In this document: positions 1-11,379 of the stretch, one piece after another
Layout: each line of letters begins with the position of its first letter
Numbering within the stretch: the first letter of the stretch is position 1
Assembly (NCBI GenBank): GCA_964255285.1
Contig: CAXUUL010000050.1
Coordinates: forward strand, 1 to 46,444
Length of the DNA: 46,444 nucleotides
DNA from: Ionaspis alba
Lineage: Eukaryota
Direction of reading: 5' to 3'
Program-made: the position numbers and the translations under genes
The notes under the pieces: model-generated
Seen by the model: only the letters and a program-made list of their open reading frames with translations
What the model was told of the DNA's origin: nothing
The model's database searches: none

Positions 1-272
1 ACCACATCCTTTGATAGCGGTGTCTTCGTGGCCGCCAATCCATGCGAAGCGGCCGCTTAGGCTCCCCCGGCCCTGCTGTGCGCGCTACCAAGGCTTCCCA
101 GTGGCTCATTAGCGTGACCCAGGTCTCCGCTAATCTGCGGGAACTATTTACGTAGCCGCTTGTCCCAGACTCTTATCGCACTTGCCCTAATAAATAAACA
201 TCGTCCTTCGTGCCCAGCTCGATATCGCTCGGGTACATTACCTTGCGATTCGGCTACGATATCCTTGCCACG

Positions 273-1332
273 ATGCCTTCTTTTACTGACTGGCTGCGTC
301 GGAGATTTGCAAAAGCTCGACCTAAGACGAAGGTTATTTTGAGCCCAGGCAACCCTCCAGAAGTAAAACCTATGCCATGTATGCCTACACCTCGACCTCG
401 AGCCCTGACACTACCACTACCCATAATTGATGAGTCCAAAAGCGTGGGATATATTAAACAGCAGAGTCTACCTCAAGACCAATCCATCTTTTTCCGATTA
501 CCACCTGAGATTCGCTTGCGTGTCTACGAAGAGCTCTTTGGATTTCGCAAACTCCATCTAGCCTACGAGTCTTATGGAGACAAGCAGGGATCTCCTTCCC
601 TGGAATGGCGGTGGTGGCATTGTGTTTGTCAACCCACTTTCTTTCATCTCTATTGGAACGATCGATGTCGCAGATATGAGGAAACAATACGTCAGGACCA
701 TGGCAAGAGGAGGTGTTTCAGGTTGGACATTGACCTATTGCGAGTCTGTCGAAGAGTGTAAGGAAGCTTAAAAACCAAAAACGTCGCGAGAATGCTAATA
801 CGCCGCACATAGGTATTCCGAAAGCATTGACATTCTCTACAAGACCAACACCTTTATTCCCTCAGACGAACCTACCTTGTACGCCCTTTCCCAGCTAGTA
901 CTTCCTCAACGATTTTCGAGCATTTCTTCTGTCGAGTTTACAATCACCTTACGCCGTTTTGGTTGGGACGTACGCAGGGCACCTCACGAAAGTTCGGAAG
1001 TCAAGGCTTTCTATATCTCTATATTAGACTTGTTCGGCTCCATGCCAGCATTGTTGAAATTACGCCTTTCTTTCTCCTGCTTTCCGACTCGGTATTACCC
1101 ACTGGAGCATTTCGAGGACACCTGGCTGGTACCTGTTGATCGGCTGGCGGACCTGCGGAAGTTCGAGGCCTTCGACTTCTATATTCCCGAGGATATTTAC
1201 CAGGGCCTAGGACCAAGATCAGACAGTGCTAGATATCGTCTTTTGGGTGGACCCGGCATAGTTGAGCGGAATATAGGCATGGGAAGCTCAATTGTATGCC
1301 AGTGGAGTATGGCTTCGATCATATCTGCATAA
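273..1332 (+). CDS. DUF7730-type / F-box-like fungal protein (2 exons: 273-757, 813-1332)
   Basis: QSIFFRLPPEIRLRVYEELFG motif. Splicing out intron 758-812 (GTAAGG...GCTAAT...CATAG) joins LLRVCRRV to YSESIDILYKTNTF, the characteristic motif of this family, and continues in frame with ORF 877-1332. Confidence 0.75.
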
Positions 1333-1604
1333 TACATTGGCGGTCTAATTTATGTCTCTAGTTCCTACAGATGACTCGCCTTTTCAATTTTTTTGAAGAC
1401 GGGAGGACTCCCGATCAGAACGCGCAGAAATGATATTGTCCACGTTGATCTTGTCTTACTCCTGACATATTCTCTCACCGCCGGGTAGGTGGTCCCGAGA
1501 GTACTCGAAGAGGAACCCAACAGGCTCACAAACTCAATCGCCTTCCTATTTATGATGAGACGTTATGCTAACCATGAACTTTTCCAGAACGAGAGACGTT
1601 TCCC

Positions 1605-3129
1605 CTACATCCACAAACATAGTTTCCCACTTGCACTTCCGCCAGCCACCCAATCATTGGTCGGATGAAACTGCGCAACAGCCGGAACCGCAGTAATGCC
1701 ATCGCCGCCAAGTTGAGCCAACTGCTCACCCTTACCAGTATAGATATCGACGAATCGATTCATGTTCCCTATACAAAAGCGTTGAACAGAGTCACGAGGT
1801 TGCGATTGCCATTGAGCACGAAGTCTGTCGCGCGTAAAGTTAGCAGTGGCCCACAAATAGCACGAGAGCGCCGAAACCCGAAAGGAACACCAAGAACGTA
1901 CATAGTGACCCATCGTCCTGTCTGGTTGTTATGCCTTACAACCGCATTCGGCTCCATTGCCTTCTCATCCAGCTCATGCCCCGGTGTCCACCCTCCCATC
2001 CCCTCAAAGGAATGGATCTTCACCGTATCATCATAGCTGGCTGTTGCAATCTGTCCCACAGAATTGAACGCCGCATGACTGACACTCAGTCTACTCAAGT
2101 GCTCGCCCAAGCACACTGGAGTCCTCGTCTCCCCTTTCCCTCGCATTTTCCGCAGATCCCACACGCGCATGAAGCGGTCTAGACTGGCGGTGGCCANNNN
2201 NNNNNNNNNNNNNNNNNNNNNNNNNNNNNNNNNNNNNNNNNNNNNNNNNNNNNNNNNNNNNNNNNNNNNNNNNNNNNNNNNNNNNNNNNNNNNNNNAGAG
2301 GGGAGAATTGGAAGGACGAGATTGTACGGGTGTGGAGGTGGAATGAGGTTATAGCTGGCGTGGGAAGGTCGTCTTCATCAAGGTCGGAGTCTAGAGCTTC
2401 GGCTTTGATGGGAGATGTTTTCGGAGCTGGGTTCGTGGTTTGTGAGGCATCAAAAATGCCCAAGTTTCCGAGTTTGTCGCCGGCAAAAATGAGGGCTTTG
2501 CTGGGTTCGGGGTGGAAGCCGAGACTGTAGATTCGTTCGGGGACAATCTTGATTCCTGCGACAGTGAGCATCCTCCTGGAATCATGAGGAACACAGCCAC
2601 GCTTACTATTGGGGGGAAAGCCATCATATAGTTCAAGCCCACTCATCTTCTCTCTCAATGCCTTCAGCTCCTTGTTCGAGGTCTCTTTCACCTCCTCTTC
2701 TCCGAATGTTCGCTCATAAGGTTTGGCGCCTCTAGACACCACATCTACCAGGAAGTTCTCGCTCTTGTCCCAATCCTTTCCAGCGACCACTATATCTTTT
2801 AGGTCCAGATTCCCGGATACTCTTTGCCTCTTGGCTCGAGCAGCTTCCTGCACTGCGACGTATTCATCCTCGGCTTTCCGCTTTGCAACTTCGCTGTCTG
2901 CAGTAAGACCTTGGAGTCGCGATGATGTCCTTCGAGGCACCACCTCCTCCTTGACCTTCTTCACTGGGGCTTTTTTCTTGTGTGTGCCATTGGTCGAGGC
3001 TTTCGAGGTCGATTTGGGCGCAATTCCAATACTCGCCGCCTCAAGGGCTAACTGTTTGAGGAAAACATCCCTCTCAGCGATGTTAGCCTGGCGCTGTCTC
3101 TCATATTCGCTGATCTCCTCTTTGACCAT
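1605..3129 (-). CDS. CMR1: WD40 DNA damage-binding protein Cmr1/WDR76 (interrupted by N gap 2197-2296)
   Basis: N-terminus [61 protein letters not shown]-terminus [11 protein letters not shown]. Introns 2606-2556 and 1901-1825 restore the frame. Confidence 0.92.
2197..2296. other. Assembly gap (100 N) inside CMR1
   Basis: Run of N. Confidence 1.
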
Positions 3130-3321
3130 TGTCCTATAATTGCAGACTTTCACTCGGCGAAAATCGAGAACCTGTAGGCAGGAATGTGAATGTCATATCA
3201 GATCGCGCCTCTCTGTCATGGACGCGTTAATTGGCCTCGGCAATCTCCGCGCTATCTCCGTAGGGCTGTCGATGAAATTGATGTTCAAACCCGACGAAAA
3301 CACGAGCTCTGAAGAACAGGA
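3130..3321. promoter_or_regulatory. Compact divergent promoter CMR1/Mtf2-like, with MCB element
   Basis: 192 bp between the two start codons. Perfect ACGCGT at 3222-3227 plus two more CGCG cores. Confidence 0.55.
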
Positions 3322-5382
3322 ATGCCACCAAGAGCTGTCGGAACCCTACTGCGCTGTGCTCACACTATACAGCAAGCGCAATCTACTTTTCTGTTTCCTT
3401 TCCTCTATCAAACGCAGACAATAATCAGAGCATTAATAAGGAACAAAAGCACTCTTCCAGGAATCCCAATTGCACCACCAAGCCTAGGTCCAGGCCGACG
3501 GACGAGAAAGAGGGTTCAGTCGTCACGATTACGCGACAAGACTGGGTATTCTCATAACAATCCAAAGTCTCGTGCGGATCCGAGACGGAATTCTCATCCT
3601 TCACCAGACTCACAGGGCATTGAAGACGTATCATCTAGAGGTTTATTTGGCCGGGATCGTTTGCTCCGAAACCAGCGAAGGAAACGGCGGAGCCACACGG
3701 CAGCCGTTACTGAAGACTTCTCGAAAGAACCCTATTCAAGATTTCGCGCACCACCAACATGGCAAGGAAGCATAGATACTTCCTTCGGCGATTCGCCAGA
3801 CAGAAAGCATTCGGAACGCCTCGGGAAATCGTTGCAAAGACATAAAGGTCTTTTTGTCGAACGGTCACTTGGTAGGAGGGGACCAACAGCACCTGAAGCA
3901 TCGAAGCGGTTTGAATACGAAGAACCAGCATCCGGTCGTGACCACGCCACCCAATATGTGTCTTCGAACAGTGGAATGTATGGAGACATCCCTTTTGAAG
4001 ATCAGCCCCCTGAGAAAGGAACAAGTCAGAGCGAGCGTAGGACGATCGTTTCCGACCCATCTCGTTCTACAATCACAGGATCTGAGCGTGCAGTATTCGA
4101 CAGCATCTTCAAATCCTTAGCCAAACACGCAGCGAAGTCCGACGACTTCTTTGATGACGATCTCACTACTGATGGCCGCCCTGCTGAAACACTTGAGGAC
4201 ATCTTCAATGCCGCCAGAAAGAATATGGAAATAGATGAGAAGCACAGCGGGCTTAAATATTCGAGGTCACAAAAAGACAAATCGACGCCATCTCTCTCCG
4301 AGTCACCAGGAGTCACAAGGAGAGGAAACGCAAGCATTCGAGGCACTTCTACCCGCGACTTTCCTCTCGAGCTCCAACTATCACTGCAGCAGGCCAAGGA
4401 ATTACACAAAGCCCAAACGTTCCGTCGGCTAGAGCTCAGACCACGACCTGAGCAAATCGGTAAAGTGGGTGTAGAGCCGGAAAGAAAGCTCGGCGAACCT
4501 TTGGATGCTTATGAGCAGCTGGTAGAGCGGGTCCGGAAGCGAGACCTGGAGCGAATCACCGCCTCCTTTGCCGCAACGACGAGCGACCTCCAGGTGTGGA
4601 ATATCCTGAACAGAGACGTCTTCCGCCAGATACGAAGACTAAATGGACTTATGGAAGAGCAAAAGACAGCCAAGGAAGCGGCAGCCTCTTCAAAGAAGAA
4701 GCGAGGCACCCACCGACAGCAGGAATCCGGTCTCCTTCCAGAACCTTTTCCAGCAATAGAGACAGCTCCATACCTCAACGCCTCCACACCTGTCACCGAC
4801 ACCACCCTCCCCAAACACTCCGTCCACCCGCTCGCCATCCTCCAAACCAACTACGCCGAGCACCTCCTCACGGCCCTCCAAACCTTCCGAAAATACTATC
4901 CCACCTCCCCATACGCGGTCTCTCTACTCCCCCTCATCAAATCCTACGGCACCATCTCCTACGTCCTCGGCGCCTCCACCGCCCTCTACAACGAGCTCAT
5001 CTACCTGCGCTGGGTGCACTACCGCGACCTGCATTCGTGTGCCGAGCTTGTGGCTGAGATGTTGGCGCAGGGCATCCCGACAGATGGGTATACGCACGCG
5101 GTGTTTGTGGATGCGGATAGAGCGAGGAGGAGGGCCAGGAAGGGAGATGAGAAGGAGGGACCGATTACGAGGGCTTGGTGGGGGTTGCATGGAGTGGTGG
5201 CGGGGATGAAGAAATGGGAAAAGGTGGATGCGGAGGCGAGTAGACGGTGGGTGGAGGAGAAGCAGAGAATGGAGATTGAGAAGAGAGAGCTGTTGGAGAT
5301 GGAGGAGAGAGAGGATGGCGTGGCTGAGAGCAGTGAGATGGGTGAGGAGATAGAGAAGGCACAAGTGGCGGTTGCGGTGTAG
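3322..5382 (+). CDS. Mtf2-like mitochondrial protein (C-terminal Mtf2 domain)
   Basis: 686-aa intronless ORF with a basic presequence-like N-terminus (FLFPFLYQTQTI), STITGSERAVFDSIF, SDLQVWNIL and SYVLGASTALYNELIYLRW...DL motifs typical of fungal Mtf2-family proteins. Confidence 0.75.
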   Translation: MPPRAVGTLLRCAHTIQQAQSTFLFPFLYQTQTIIRALIRNKSTLPGIPIAPPSLGPGRRTRKRVQSSRLRDKTGYSHNNPKSRADPRRNSHPSPDSQGIEDVSSRGLFGRDRLLRNQRRKRRSHTAAVTEDFSKEPYSRFRAPPTWQGSIDTSFGDSPDRKHSERLGKSLQRHKGLFVERSLGRRGPTAPEASKRFEYEEPASGRDHATQYVSSNSGMYGDIPFEDQPPEKGTSQSERRTIVSDPSRSTITGSERAVFDSIFKSLAKHAAKSDDFFDDDLTTDGRPAETLEDIFNAARKNMEIDEKHSGLKYSRSQKDKSTPSLSESPGVTRRGNASIRGTSTRDFPLELQLSLQQAKELHKAQTFRRLELRPRPEQIGKVGVEPERKLGEPLDAYEQLVERVRKRDLERITASFAATTSDLQVWNILNRDVFRQIRRLNGLMEEQKTAKEAAASSKKKRGTHRQQESGLLPEPFPAIETAPYLNASTPVTDTTLPKHSVHPLAILQTNYAEHLLTALQTFRKYYPTSPYAVSLLPLIKSYGTISYVLGASTALYNELIYLRWVHYRDLHSCAELVAEMLAQGIPTDGYTHAVFVDADRARRRARKGDEKEGPITRAWWGLHGVVAGMKKWEKVDAEASRRWVEEKQRMEIEKRELLEMEEREDGVAESSEMGEEIEKAQVAVAV

Positions 5383-5453
5383 GACTTGTTCGTCTTCAAC
5401 CTCGAAATATTGTATATTCCCCTCCCACGAATAATCTTCGTAATCAGGTTTCG

Positions 5454-6237
5454 CTATATCCTTACCCCCTTACTCCTTAACACGTTCACAACCCCAATCC
5501 CCGTGAACCCCAACCACTGTCCCACGCTCCTGACCGCCCCACCCACCACCCTCGACTCCTCGAGCCTGCGATCCAGAAACCTCTCGGTCTCCACAAACCC
5601 CGGCGACTTATCTGTCGTCATGAANNNNNNNNNNNNNNNNNNNNNNNNNNNNNNNNNNNNNNNNNNNNNNNNNNNNNNNNNNNNNNNNNNNNNNNNNNNN
5701 NNNNNNNNNNNNNNNNNNNNNNNNTATCACCCCCTCGTTCGCTCGCAACCTCTCCAGCGCCAGCAATCTGATCTTACCGCCAACGCCCAACCTCTCCTCC
5801 GGAAATTGTACACGCTCCTTCAGCGCGAGGCGCTGCGTTACGAGATGGTAATTCACAAGAGAGTAGGCACCTGCAGGAAAGAGATTTACGGAAGCATCGA
5901 GGTATCCGGCGTCGCGGGCGCCGTGGCGGAGAGTGGTGGTGCTGAAGCCGTGGGTGGGGACGTAGGGAAGGGAGGCACGGAGGATGGCGGATTCGGCTTC
6001 GGGGAAAGGCGGTGGGGTAGGGTGTTCGTGGGAGTGGTAGAAGCGGGTCTGAGGTTTCGATGGGGGCGGAGATGGGAGGGTTGGTCGGTTGTGATTGTGG
6101 GGACAGGAGGACCGTTGGTGGCGGAGGTGTGCGGGGGAGGGTGCTGCTGGAGCGGTCGTCCAGCCGAGGCTGGTCAGACTTCCCAGGTCGGCGCGTGTGA
6201 GCGATAAGGCTACTTTAGTGGTGCGCTGGAGCGCCAT
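5454..6237 (-). CDS. COQ9: Ubiquinone biosynthesis protein Coq9, mitochondrial (interrupted by N gap 5625-5724)
   Basis: AILRASLPYVPTHGFS, GARDAGYLDASVNLFP, LVNYHLVTQRLAL before the gap. After the gap FMTTDKSPGFVETERFLDRRLEE...VLRSKGVRI, with stop TAG at 5456-5454. Confidence 0.92.
5625..5724. other. Assembly gap (100 N) inside COQ9
   Basis: Run of N. Confidence 1.
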
Positions 6238-8646
6238 ACCATTGGGCTTGGTGTCGTCCTTTTCTCTTTCTTGTGATATAAAGATTATCGCGGATGATCA
6301 TTGGAGTCAGGCAAGGCTGAAAATGATCCGAAAACTGCTTAGGCTCGGGCGTCGGATTCGCTGTTCCCACGATCACGCCTCACAAGGCCGCGGGCCATAG
6401 TGCTGACTTGGCTTGCGGAGAGTCGTTCTAGTGCTCCGGGTTGACTTACTCATGCTTACTCGACATTACAGCAGTTGGGATCGTGTAGTTTTTGTTCTTA
6501 GGACGGCGTGGGCTTGGCTCATCGCTGGCCTTGTAGCCTTACGGATTCTTTGGGAGTATTACTGGTAAATGCAAGTACGGCACGGAGTAAGGAGTAGAAA
6601 TACGCGTTGTGGGACAAGAATGGGGGCCAGAAATAAGTCCGTGATCCTTGCGGGGAGGGGAAAGGCCACAGCGGACGCTGCATTCTACATAGGCATTGCC
6701 ATTGGCACGATTAGGTCTATTAATGTCAGCATTAATTTTCTGGACCCTGTTCTGTGCGTCTGATTTCGTAGTAACTCCCAGCATAAATTGTGGCCGGATC
6801 CGATGCACTACTCACTCGTGAATAGCCTCCGCAACGTGACAATGCTTTCGTTGCAGGTGCAGCGGGAGGTTATCCTTGCTCAGCTGCAGGAGAATACGTG
6901 TGAACAGTGGGCCTCAAGCATTGGACGAGAGTCGTTCGTCTCAAAGGAGCCAGCTACTGGAGCAGGGACAAGCGCGATCTATTTTCCTGCCGGTCACCAA
7001 TGCTCGACCGACCAGACCAAAGCAGGGGCGGGATATTCGGGTAGGATATCCTCACTCGCTACCAATACCTCCTCTTGTACGCTCCCATCGGAAGCAAAAT
7101 AGACTTCCGTTCGTCGTTGCGGTCATGGCGGGAGGTTGGCGTCAAGGAAGTGTGCCACGGTCGATGAATTTAGCTGCATCATCGGATGCGACTAGGAAGC
7201 CATCCCATGGTTCGAGTATGGGGGTCGAGCCATTGATCCACGACAGAGTGGACGGAGAAATCATGCTTTCTCGTTTCCATGCAGTAGTCGCAATGCACGG
7301 GACTCGAGGGAGACTTTGGTGACACTAGAATCTTGTTTAGTAGATAGCCAGCGAGCAACGAAACAATTCAAGGGTGGATGATTAGCTGGCGACCTCCCCC
7401 AGACCGACCGAGTCCCGAGTGTCTGTGAATAAACTCTCGGAGGATCAGAGTAGTTGAATCTCAACTGCCGTGATTCCCTCGGACCGCGCCGTTCCTATTC
7501 AATGTATGGGATGGCATTTCTGGTCCCATCAACGAGACGAAGAGGATCTGCAGACCATGCGTGTAAATGGTGGGTTGGACCAGACGATCGAATGCTTGCC
7601 GAGGCAGCCTCAATTGCAACCAGACGGCTAGATCGATGCAGTGGCTGATGAGACTACTGGAGATTCAATATCACTGTCCTCCTCTGCTGCCCCGATGGGG
7701 AAATGAAGATGTATATACATGCATAGACCTCAATATTGTTCGAAGCCAAGAACTGCTCAACACTATTTTTGTGTTGCCCGCCTTTTCCATTCGCTTTCCC
7801 TTTCGCTTTCCCTTTCCCCGTTCCTCCCTCGCGTAATCCTCTGTAGCGTCGACGCTAAAAACTGATGAACGACATCCGGCTCTGCAGTCCTCACAGCAAT
7901 CAAATCCCCCATCTCTAGGAGCCACACACCATTCCGCCGCGCCTTGCATCAAGGTACTCCTGCAGCACATCGTACCCCCTAGTCATCGTGATCGCCCATC
8001 TTACTCTACTATTACGCGTGATTCATTGGCTCGTTGAGCCTTCTTTGGTCACAGCGCAATCTCCTGTCAAAGGTACCAGTCGGCCACTGAGCGAACGCGA
8101 TCCTGTAAGTGCTCGAATCCAGCAAATCCCCTCCCCTTCAGCAGGCAGCCTTAGTGGACGAAGTGAAAGTGGAAGGAGCAAGAGAGGGAGAACGCAAGAG
8201 AACCGGAGAAGAGGGAAAGCCTCTGCATGCTTCCCCATGCACGGTTGCCGCCGTTAGCTTTCTTGGATGCTGACTTGTGGTTCAGAGGCTGAACAGGAGC
8301 GGCCCAACGTTCTCCACCCATTCCGAGGCAAAAGAAGGCAAATCCCTCTGCTGCATCACCTTCCCTGCTTCTCTCACCACCGGGAAACAGGCCTTCCCTA
8401 ATCTGAAACCCAAACGTGGGAAAGATTATTCACCGCTGCACCCATCTGGTTGGTCCGGTCCTCCCTCTTGCACAGTCCAAAGCCATATCTGAGTGGCGAG
8501 CGGTATCGTTGCGCATCACTACCTTCTCCAGCAAGACCCCTGTAGACATCGTGGACTGACTTGCCTTTCCGCTGCAGCAGTCCCATCGTACTCTTTCTGC
8601 TGTGAAAGATTGTCCTCTCGGTAATCGTACCTAAAAAGCTATCACT

Positions 8647-11090
8647 ATGGGTTGGTACTCCTTCTCGAGACTCGTACACTCCCTCCTCTGCATCGGTGCT
8701 AAACTAGCCTCACGGGGGTCGATTTCGTGGTGGAGCTGAATCGCTTGACGATTCTCGCGCCATATCGCTCGGTCATAATTCTTCCTTCGAATGATGACCT
8801 TGAACGCTCACGTCTTTCTTTCCTAGATTCAGCCGACGTATATCGTCCGTACGCTGTAAGTCCCCCGTCGCTGGTGCCGAAATATTCTTTTCGACCGCTC
8901 CAGCAGCATACGTGTGTGCATCTTTTCCCGAGAGGCTGAACTACTTGTGGGGTGACACGAGCTCGTGGTGCCTAGCAAATTACGCTTGCAAAAAAAAGTC
9001 CAGCTTGCACCTTCTTGCAATATCGCTTGCTCGTCCACACATTTGTCCGCGTCTCTCGACAGATTAATTCATTCATCTGGCCTCCGTGTTCTGCCAACAC
9101 ACTCTCTTCGCTAACATTGGACGTGATTTAGCGCGAGAGGTCTCGATCCCCGAGACGCCGCTCCCGAAGCCCTCGCCGAAGCCGTCGCTCTTTCTCACCC
9201 CGAAGCCGTTCTCGAAGCCGCGACGACTACCGCAGGAACGACCGTCGTTCCCGTTCTCCCATGAGCGGAGCACCTGGAGCCAGTGGAGGAAATCCAGGAG
9301 CAAGCTACGGCCGAGGTATTGGTGCTGCGCCTCCTGCCCGGACTTTCGAAGAGCGCGCTCAAGCCAAGGAGCAAATGATGGCCTCCGTACGAGAGTCGTC
9401 TCAGCAAGACCGTCGAGTCTATGTTGGCAACCTATCCTACGATGTCAAATGGCACCATTTGAAGGATTTTATGAGGCAGGGTAAGCGATGTTTTCTTCGC
9501 TCTTTCCAGAATGATCGATAGACTAACGACGATCTCCATCCACCAGCTGGAGAAGTGCTCTTTGCCGATGTGTTACTACTTCCGAATGGAATGTCGAAGG
9601 TGGGCGCCAATGTGTAGAGATGGCTGGTGTTTCTGGTTTTATTTTGGATGGACGTTGGATTGACGGATTGGGACTTTTGTCCGTGGGTTATGTAGGGATG
9701 CGGGTATGTCGCGCCTTTCCTACGGCTTATAGCATCTTCGCTGACCAAATCCAAGGATTGTGGAATACGCAACTAGGGAACAAGCCCAACAAGCGGTCAA
9801 TACCCTCAGCAATCAGAATTTGATGGGCAGACTCGTCTACGTTCGCGAAGTAAGCAACTACGCATCGCAATTGAGCCTTGTGGGCAAGCAGGATCGACTG
9901 GGACTGACCACTTTCGCATTACAGGATAGAGAGGCTGAACCACGCTTTACTGGACCACCTGCCGGTCGTGGTGGCTACGACGGAGGCCCTTCCACTCGTG
10001 GTGGTGGATTCGGTGGAGGCTACGGTGGACCTCCTGCATCTGGAGGAGGGGGAGGACGCCAGATCTTTGTCAACAACGTTTGTATCCCTGATCTGTTGGC
10101 TTCTCTTGCAATTGGAATACGTCGTTGACCACAATCATCTAGCTGCCATACACTGTAGGATGGCAAGACCTGAAGGATTTATTCCGTCAAGCTGGTATGT
10201 TCTACCTCCCTGACTACTAACCCGTGTCGATCCGTCTGTTAGGCAGTCCAGTATTGACTTTACACACTGTCAGCCCAACAAGGTGCCGTCATTCGCGCAG
10301 ACGTCCATATTGGCCACGACGGTCGCCCCAAAGGATCCGGTATTGTCGCTTTCGAAAGCCCAGACGATGCTCGCAACGCCATTGCCCAATTCAACGGCTA
10401 TGACTGGCAGGGCCGTACACTTGAAGTTCGTGAAGATCGTTTCGCTGGTCCTCCTGGAGGCGGTTTCGGTGGTCGCGGTGGCTATGGAGGTGGCTTTGGC
10501 GGCCGCGGAGGTTTTGGCGGCAGGGGAGGCTTTGCTGGCCGTGGAGGATACGGTGGAGGTTTCGGAGGAAGGGGCGGCTATGGTGGCGGTGGTCACGGCG
10601 GTCCTCCTCCGTTCGACGCCGCTGCCGCCGCTGCACCTCCAAATCCTTTCACCGACTTCGCAGGTGCCGGTGGAGAGAGAAGTGAGACAATTTACGTGCG
10701 CAATGTACGTTCGCCCTCAGCAACATCGTCTGCAGGATTTGCTAATACATATAGTTACCATGGTCGACCAGCAATGAAGATCTCGTTGAGCTCTTCTCAA
10801 CGATTGGCAAGGTCGAACGCGCCGAGATCCAGTACGAACCCAATGGTCGCTCCCGCGGCACCGGTGTTGTCCAATTCGATGGGGCAGAAAATGCTGAGAC
10901 TGCCATTGGTACAGTAATCTCACCCAAGCTCAGTTGTGCTACCGCTAAATAAACTTTAGCCAAATTCACTGGATACCAATACGGTGGCCGTCCGCTCGCC
11001 TTGACCTTCGTCAAGTACACAAACATTGGTGGTGGAGATGCGATGGAGGGCGCTGAGCCAACCGGCATGGGCCAAGACCAGATTATGTAG
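8647..11090 (+). CDS. GBP2: SR/RGG three-RRM mRNA-binding protein, Gbp2/Hrb1 (SnxA) family
   Basis: Exons read by eye: 8647-8650, 8827(or 8833)-8855, 9132-9480, 9547-9599, 9696-9703, 9756-9849, 9925-10077, 10143-10194, 10274-10704, 10755-10908, 10960-11090. They encode an RS domain (RERSRSPRRRSRSP), RRM1 (VYVGNLSYDVKWHHLKD, SKGCGIVEY), RRM2 (IFVNNLPYTVGWQDLKDLFR), RGG repeats and RRM3 (IYVRNLPWST). The first two exons are less certain than the rest. Confidence 0.88.
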
Positions 11091-11347
11091 ATGGTCCATT
11101 GTCTGCTCCCTCTACTACGTAGGTATTTGGAGCTTTCAGCCTGTGCTACTCGCTGCAGGTTTCTGCCGGTCATGGTACGGCAAACTTAAACCTTTCTTTG
11201 ATGGAACGATCTACATTCTTACAAAAGGATTATGGAGGAGAACAAAATTGCACTTGGTGAAGAGCATGGAAACCAATCTTGGGAAATTTGGGGAATGTCT
11301 CCTATCTTCCTTCTTCTACTGGAATGTACCTTTAATTCTTTGTGGCT

Positions 11348-11348
<1 letters not shown>

Positions 11349-11379
<31 letters not shown>
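11349..11379. repeat. (TGCG)n tetranucleotide microsatellite, about 7.75 units
   Basis: Perfect run tgcgtgcg...tgc, about 260 nt downstream of the GBP2-like stop codon. Confidence 0.95.

Noticed and set aside
5386..6207. 273-aa plus-strand ORF
   Set aside because: Antisense shadow of COQ9, extended artificially through the N gap.
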